From an uncultured delta proteobacterium (GTDB lineage: Bacteria > Desulfobacterota > Desulfobacteria > Desulfobacterales > SG8-13), in contig CAWKCK010000005.1 of the NCBI GenBank assembly GCA_963848135.1, positions 682,001-704,868 of the forward strand: a stretch of DNA of 22,868 nt, in the 5' to 3' direction. Shown here piece after piece: positions 16,760-22,868 of this stretch. Both the position numbers and the translations under genes were made by a program. Positions within the stretch are counted from its first letter, which is position 1; each line of letters opens with the position of its first letter. The notes under the pieces are model-generated. The model did no database searches. It was not told the DNA's origin and saw nothing but the letters and a program-made list of their open reading frames with translations.

Positions 16760-19117
16760 CTATATTGGCGTGAGGTGGCGCAAAAATTGTTCATAAGAAA
16801 CACCACCTCCTAACGACACACCACAATGCGCTATCGGCTTGGCAGGATTACCCTGGACAAGTGTTTGCGCCGGAACAGATCTTGAAACAACGCTTCCTGC
16901 ACTCACGACAGCTCCTTTCCCGATAGTCACGTTTGGCAAGACAATCACACCCGGTCCAATATAAACATCGTCTTCAACCCGAACCGTGGGTTCATTGCGG
17001 GTTCGGGTTCGATCTGTTAGATCTCTAAGGTGACCAATGACAACAACCCGCATCCCAATCGAAACGTTGTTACCCATATGAATCAGACTGGGATAAGCTG
17101 TTTCGAGTATAACTGACAATCCAATCGACACATTTTCTCCAATTGACACGCCTCTCAATCGGTGAAGCCAAACGCGCGTCGATTTGAAACCAGGGGCATA
17201 GAGCGCAGCTATCTGTAAAATACGGTTCTTTACACCACTCAAAAATGTATCTTTAATCGGTTTTGAATGTTTTGCCTTTTCTATCACCATAGTGCTTGCT
17301 GATCTCGATGATTCCTCCTGTAGGAGGCAGGTAATAGTATCGATGGTCGGTGATCTGAGAAAAAGATCCAATGGAATTTCTTTATTGAAATGCTGTTCAA
17401 CAACAGCTATCATCGAAGCAGCTCTGATCGAGTCTCCCCCTATTACAAAAAAATTGTCAAGGAGACCCACTTGGGACACTCGTAGCATATCCTTCCAGAT
17501 TTCAACGAGTTGTTTTTCAACTGGATTCGTGGGGGCAACGAAGTCAGTTTGTAGCTGGGAAGCAAGCTTTTCTGCCAGACCTATGCGTTGCAATTTCCCG
17601 GTCGGCCCTTTGGGTATCTCATCCACTATCACGACCTGATTGGGGACCTTGAAATCTGCCAGTCGTTGTGAGGCGAACTCGCGTATTTCGTTTTCGGTTG
17701 CTTCTGCGTTTTCTTTTAGGACAACCGCTGCCGCAACATTTTCACCCATAGTTGCGTGCGGCACAGCAAAGGCGACCGCCTGAGCGATTGCTGGATGCTT
17801 TAAGAGTATTTCATCTACCTCTTTGGGGGCAACCTTCTCGCCGCCTCGATTGATTATCTCTTTTAGACGCCCTGTAAGAAAAAGGTATCCATCGTTATCA
17901 AATCGGCCTTGATCACCAGTTCGGAACCAGCCATTCGTGAACGAGCTTTCGTTAGCTTCCTGGTTATTTTCGTAACCCCTTGTAACGTTTTTCCCTTGTA
18001 TCACCACCTCTCCGATTTCACCGATTGAGAGTAAGTTTCCTTCTTCATCCATTATCGCAATGTCCGGCCCGGCAGCGATACCAACGGAATTGGCTTTCTG
18101 TGGCAAGGGCGGTAACGGATTGCTTGCCATCTGGTGAGATGCTTCGGTCATACCGTATGATTCAATCACCGGGACGCCAAAAACTTCCTCCAGATCGTCC
18201 ATTACCTTTTCCGGTAGTGCAGCCGAACAAGAACGAATGAATCTCATACAATGCCGTGACACTATCTCCTGATTGTTCGATGCACTACCCAAAATCGCTT
18301 GATGCATGGTTGGGACAGCCGTATACCAAGTCGGTTTGAATATATCTACCCACTTCAGGAAGTTTTCGTGGTCAAATCCAGGTGTACAAATGACTTTAGC
18401 ACCCGTTGTTATTGACGACAAGACAGCTCCAATAAGCCCATGAATATGGAAAAGAGGCATAATGTTGAGACAGGTGTCATTCCTGGTCAAGTCTAATGAT
18501 AAACTGACATTGTGAGCAGAGCTGCAAATATTAGCCTGAGTGAGTGGTACTATTTTTGGGCGTGAGGTCGTTCCCGAAGTATGTAAGACCAAGGCTGTGT
18601 CATCGGGTTCGGCAAAACCGTCGTTAGATTTCTTAGCCTCACTGTTTCCAATGAGTGTAAATGTACCTGCCTCCCTATCATTTATCGAAGTTAGCTCAAT
18701 GATAGGAATGTTATGTTTATTCGACACTTCTCTAGCAGGAGAATCCAAATCCGAATGCACAATCAATGCCTTCGCATTTAAATCGGATAGGTAAAAGTCA
18801 AACTCGTTGGCCCGATAAGAAGGATTAAGCGGTGCACATGCAGCTCCAGAAGCGACAGCTAAAAAAGCAACTGCCATTTCAGGTCCGTTGGGCAATACTA
18901 TCGCGACTCGATCATTTCTATTCAGGCCAAAGCTGCGTAATACTTTGACTGTGTCTTCAACCTGTTCCAATAACTGAATGAAAGTTAAAGTAGATCGCCC
19001 AGGAGCGGCAATGGCAAAATTACCACCATTATGCTTTCCTCTTAATTTTAGCAGACTATAAATACTTTTAGCTTCTGAATTTTGATACGGTTTGTCTTTG
19101 TCAGAATAAAATATCAT
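16760..19117 (-). CDS. Adenylation domain (oxalate-CoA-ligase-like) + carrier domain + LbH acyltransferase fusion
   Basis: HTSGTTSRPK, FIRSCSAAL, YGMTEASHQM, FRTGD. Carrier motif FFVIGGDS. Hexapeptide repeats ending GNPAK. Likely start ATG 19117. Confidence 0.88.
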   Translation of the reverse strand: MIFYSDKDKPYQNSEAKSIYSLLKLRGKHNGGNFAIAAPGRSTLTFIQLLEQVEDTVKVLRSFGLNRNDRVAIVLPNGPEMAVAFLAVASGAACAPLNPSYRANEFDFYLSDLNAKALIVHSDLDSPAREVSNKHNIPIIELTSINDREAGTFTLIGNSEAKKSNDGFAEPDDTALVLHTSGTTSRPKIVPLTQANICSSAHNVSLSLDLTRNDTCLNIMPLFHIHGLIGAVLSSITTGAKVICTPGFDHENFLKWVDIFKPTWYTAVPTMHQAILGSASNNQEIVSRHCMRFIRSCSAALPEKVMDDLEEVFGVPVIESYGMTEASHQMASNPLPPLPQKANSVGIAAGPDIAIMDEEGNLLSIGEIGEVVIQGKNVTRGYENNQEANESSFTNGWFRTGDQGRFDNDGYLFLTGRLKEIINRGGEKVAPKEVDEILLKHPAIAQAVAFAVPHATMGENVAAAVVLKENAEATENEIREFASQRLADFKVPNQVVIVDEIPKGPTGKLQRIGLAEKLASQLQTDFVAPTNPVEKQLVEIWKDMLRVSQVGLLDNFFVIGGDSIRAASMIAVVEQHFNKEIPLDLFLRSPTIDTITCLLQEESSRSASTMVIEKAKHSKPIKDTFLSGVKNRILQIAALYAPGFKSTRVWLHRLRGVSIGENVSIGLSVILETAYPSLIHMGNNVSIGMRVVVIGHLRDLTDRTRTRNEPTVRVEDDVYIGPGVIVLPNVTIGKGAVVSAGSVVSRSVPAQTLVQGNPAKPIAHCGVSLGGGVSYEQFLRHLTPI

Positions 19118-19265
19118 TTCTCCGGCTCCAAACTTCCGTGTAATCGAAAACAATTGACCAATTTGTTTTCAACAAGTTGTATTGATTACTAAACATACCT
19201 ATGGTTAACCATTTTTTTGTGTAGGAGGAAAAACAATTTGTTCCGTATATCGATTGATTACGTCA

Positions 19266-19982
19266 TTATCTGGTGCCAAGAGCACATGCGACAGAAACAG
19301 GCTTGGCTTTCGATATTTCTAATCTTATATTCGAAAATCCCGCGCGTTCGAGATTCAAGGCAACTTCTTCGCCTACCGTTTTGGTAGTGAGATCAGTGGC
19401 GCTACGGGATCTTGGTTGGAGCGTGACGGCAATAATACCGCCAGGTCTCAACAATTTTCGCAACTCCTCCAGATATTCAATTGGTTTGTTCCAGAAATGG
19501 ATTGAATTTATCGTAAAGATCTTATCAAAGGGCTCTTTGAATTTCGGCAGGTTCGATGCAGATCCAAGCCGTAACTCTGCCTTCCCTTCTCGTATAGCTC
19601 TTGCATTACGTTTGCCCGCATGTCGCACCATCACCTCAGAATGATCAATCCCGGCAATAAATCCTTTTGAAACCATCTTGCTGACCATCTCAATGGCATA
19701 TCCCGGGCCAAAACCTATTTCCAATAGTCGATCTTCAGGCTTGATATCGAGCAATGAAATAGTCCAATGGATCCGATTCTTATTAGAGGGCGTAATGGCC
19801 ATAATTAAACCCGCAATATGTCCCCAAAATCCTGCGGGGCGTCCAAACTGGGTGCGTAAGAATCGTCTAATGAATTGAAACACCCGTCCCCGCTTATTAC
19901 CGTGGTCCGGGTGGTTTTGAAGGCCAGGATATTTAAGGGCAACATCAAAATTCTGTATTCGTCGTTTGGAAGTTCGATTCAT
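19266..19982 (-). CDS. Class I SAM-dependent methyltransferase
   Basis: 'QFGRPAGFWG', 'LLEIGFGPG', 'GIDHSEVM', 'LRPGG'. Confidence 0.88.
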   Translation of the reverse strand: MNRTSKRRIQNFDVALKYPGLQNHPDHGNKRGRVFQFIRRFLRTQFGRPAGFWGHIAGLIMAITPSNKNRIHWTISLLDIKPEDRLLEIGFGPGYAIEMVSKMVSKGFIAGIDHSEVMVRHAGKRNARAIREGKAELRLGSASNLPKFKEPFDKIFTINSIHFWNKPIEYLEELRKLLRPGGIIAVTLQPRSRSATDLTTKTVGEEVALNLERAGFSNIRLEISKAKPVSVACALGTR

Positions 19983-21308
19983 TAAATTTTTCCTCTTGAA
20001 AGCGAATTATTGCCAGTCCAATATTTGTAAAGTTCACCTGCCGTGGCAAACCAGATATCAGGACAGTTTTTGACATATGACAGATACTGATCGTAGATCT
20101 TCAGAAAATCAGGCCTTTCGGTCAGATGTTTCTCCGGGTGCGTTACAATTGAGATAATCCCACCTACTTCCATTAGCTTTTCTGTCCTTGCAATTTGAAT
20201 CTCCAGGATGGCCTCACACCTGCGTGAACGCGGAAGCCCGTGAAGGTGATTATATACACCTATATCGGTAGGAACCGTGACGGGAATTTCGAGGATTTTG
20301 GATTGTTTTCCATTTATCCAAAGATAATACGGAACAATCCCTCGGGCAAAGGTGGTATCGTAGCACAAGGCCGGGCAAAATTTTTCAATGAGTTCAAAAA
20401 GCAAATTACTCTTTAGAAGTTTGGGAGTCCGCATTCCGGTTGGAAAATTATGTGAATCAGAAAGGAAAGATTTTTTTAGCTCTTGTACCCGTTGTTCAGC
20501 AAATGGACTAAAAGGAAGCCTATGGTCGTGATTATAGCCGTGCCACCCTATTTCGTTTCCTGTTTGAAGCAAAAATTCGATGGACGCTTTGTTGTTTTTA
20601 ATAATTCCAGTAGGAACAAACCATGTCGCGCGAATTTTGTGCTTTTTCTCAATACAAAACAAAGGATCATTCTCTCTACGCTGTAGAAATCCAATATGTA
20701 TCAATGTCGTGGAGAGGTACGAAACACAGCACGTTTTCCTGAAGGCCATTGAAACGTGCAAGTTTCATCCCAGGCCTTTTCTCTATAATCTTTTTCAAGA
20801 GCAAAACCAAATACTCGTAATTTGTTATCGGTAGCTGGTGGTATTTGTCAGCATCATATTTATCCTTGGATGATTTCAGCGATTGAATGAAGTTTGAAAT
20901 AGGGCGCCTGATACCTTCAGGGATCATTTGGATATTAAAACCAGGAATATAAGTGTAAATTGGCCTCTTTAGAGTCGTCAAACTGGAAGGCTTGTGTTGC
21001 CCTAATATCAAAGTTAATAATAATCTCATTGTCACGGACGATTATCAAAGGAAGCTTATTTTCGGCAGCTTGCACGATCACGTGGTCACTCTCTTTTAAA
21101 TCAAATTCGTAGACACTAGTTTGAATTCGAACTCTTCTGAGGAGGCCCCAGTGATTTTGTATAACTCTGAGCTTAGTTCCTTTGATGTAATTGTTGGCCG
21201 AACAGTACTACAGCCGAAGTATTGGCAGAATTGAGTCGAATGTGTCGTGGCAAGTTTCTCAACATGACTTGCGTTTTTCCAATTTAAATTCTCAATCATA
21301 TTCCCCAC
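19982..21308 (-). pseudogene. Polysaccharide deacetylase family gene broken by three frameshifts
   Basis: Fragments join into one protein with HDID, ATWF, EIGWHGYNH, YDT, LEIP and THPE motifs. Shifts near 21115, 20968 and 20695. Confidence 0.78.
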
Positions 21309-21324
21309 TATTCACCAGTATGGT

Positions 21325-22203
21325 TTATCCTCTGCCTCTTGCGGTTTTAATATCGAAATTCACAGGGCTTCCATAAACAGCGTTTCCATTTAAAACTCGC
21401 GAACAGTCATCCATGGAAGCAGTATTTTCAGATGGAAGACAATTCATCTCCAGCATCATATCCAGGTATCGTTCCATGCCGTATTGTGCAGCAAATAGGC
21501 AAGGTGTACTGCAGATCACGATTGAGGCCCCAGCGCTTTCGAGTTCGTCAAAGCGCCAGTTCGGTGATTTCCCCCCATGCAATTGATTAACCATTATCGG
21601 CACGGTGACTAGTGACCGGAGCTTGGAAATTGTCTTTAAATCCCTGATAGCTTCCACCATAACGCCATCGGCGCCGGCTTCAGCGTAACTCACTGCCCGT
21701 TCGATTCCTTCTAAAGGATCGGTAGCATCGGTTCGCGCAATAACAAAAATACTCATTCGCGTTTCTATAACTTTCGAGAGTTTAGTCAAGTATTCTTCCG
21801 TCGGAAGTATTTCCTTGCCTTCAAAATGTCCGCATCTGTGAGGACGTTTTTGGTCTTCCATCATGACAGCGGATAACCCATTAGATTCAAGTATTCGTAC
21901 AGTGTTAGAAGCAACAATCTCGTCACCGAATCCGTCGTCAACATCGACCAAAATTTGTGTGGTGGGTACAGCATGGCGAATTTTTGTTGCAAAATCTGCC
22001 ATATCACGCCAGTTTACATATCCAACGTCTGGCAGCCCGTATGCACTTGCAGCTAAGCTATAGCCGCTACAGAAAACCCCTTCAAAGCGTTCTGCAACAA
22101 TTTTTGCAGAAAAAACGTCATAAACACCGATTAGCGGAAGTAGTTTTTTTTGCCGAATACGAAGCCGAAATTGATTACCAGCGTTTGGTCCTGTTAAGTA
22201 CAT
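21325..22203 (-). CDS. Isocitrate lyase/PEP mutase superfamily C-C lyase (PrpB/oxaloacetate-hydrolase-like)
   Basis: 'YGLPDVG', 'VDVDDGFG', 'EDQKRPHRCGH', 'IARTDA'. Likely start ATG 22203 after GGAGG. Confidence 0.88.
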   Translation of the reverse strand: MYLTGPNAGNQFRLRIRQKKLLPLIGVYDVFSAKIVAERFEGVFCSGYSLAASAYGLPDVGYVNWRDMADFATKIRHAVPTTQILVDVDDGFGDEIVASNTVRILESNGLSAVMMEDQKRPHRCGHFEGKEILPTEEYLTKLSKVIETRMSIFVIARTDATDPLEGIERAVSYAEAGADGVMVEAIRDLKTISKLRSLVTVPIMVNQLHGGKSPNWRFDELESAGASIVICSTPCLFAAQYGMERYLDMMLEMNCLPSENTASMDDCSRVLNGNAVYGSPVNFDIKTARGRG

Positions 22204-22728
22204 AAAATCCTCCATTTCTTCTTTTGTAAAAGAATGTATTTTAATTTATTTTATGAAAATTTTATCCATCAACAAAACGGTCGTCATGATGGAACGGCCA
22301 TTATTTGCTGCATTATTTTATAGTGATGCACACGAGTCAACATGCACAGCCGAGTGTAACTGCTTGTGGCCGGTTTTCCAAATGCCGTGGTACATCGTCT
22401 CACATTTAAATCACCATTTAATAGGAACATGTACATCATCCTATCGATCCAATCGAAATTGAAGGATGATAAAAATTTCGTAATAATCTATTAGACATGA
22501 TTATTTGGATTTTAGATCCTAGTTATTAGTTCTTGGCGGGTATAAAGTGCAGTGTATAAAGTTTAGGGTGGACGGTTCATGGTTCAGAGTATAGGGTTAT
22601 GGATATTAATTACTGGTCAGTGAAGATATTCTTTCGTCCTCCGAGCAGGCCAACAGCACCATGCAACAAGGCCTTCAGGATCATAGAAAGGCCATAAACC
22701 TCAACGCTCCAATAGTCAACATCCTGGC

Positions 22729-22868
22729 CTAAATGGCCGCCATTGTCCTGCTAATTCGACGGGCCTTTGGTTTTATCGTCAAAATTAGTCTTCTGTTCCG
22801 AAAACTCCAGCAAACCAGTGACCCTGTTATAAAGAGAAAGCTTAATCCTCCTTCCATGCCCAAATCGT
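22729..22868 (-). CDS. Possible 3' end of a membrane protein running off the window
   Basis: Open frame DLGMEGGLSFLFITGSLVCWSFRNRR... with a hydrophobic then basic tail. Only 46 codons visible. Confidence 0.25.
   Translation of the reverse strand, partial: DLGMEGGLSFLFITGSLVCWSFRNRRLILTIKPKARRISRTMAAI

Noticed and set aside
21325..22203. PEP mutase / phosphonate biosynthesis
   Set aside because: Lacks the EDKxxxxxNS motif and has the RCGH lyase-type loop.
22253..22462. 69-aa ORF and other short antisense ORFs within 15-22 kb
   Set aside because: No motifs or RBS, and most overlap well-supported genes on the opposite strand.

Overview
The window has three parts. (1) A PEP-CTERM/exosortase context: the 3' end of a TPR protein, a PEP-CTERM surface protein with a sigma54/IHF/enhancer promoter, and an exosortase whose frame lacks a canonical start next to a dead IS200. 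(2) An ~8.3 kb array (2.76-11.0 kb) of toxin-antitoxin modules: AbrB-VapC, RelE-HTH, an RHH antitoxin with a truncated PIN, MNT-HEPN, a YgiT zinc finger with a truncated DUF4258, an AAA-DUF4143 ATPase, BrnTA and HigBA. Most have their own sigma70 promoter, and they are separated by spacers built from a small, reused set of palindromic and 7/8-mer repeats. (3) A minus-strand enzyme cluster: an ICL-family lyase, a frameshifted polysaccharide deacetylase, two methyltransferases, an oxalate-CoA-ligase-like A domain fused to ACP and LbH acyltransferase domains, and an acetamidase. The clearest hidden signal is an IS110-family element (11095-12658) inserted at a CT core inside one spacer repeat. Its 3' non-coding end folds into two stem-loops whose internal loops match the target repeat and the element's own circle junction, i.e. 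a readable bridge/seek RNA. Joining its ends creates a TTGACT-17-TATATT promoter. The host looks like a Desulfobacterota-type organism (inference only). All family assignments are from motif recognition, not database searches.
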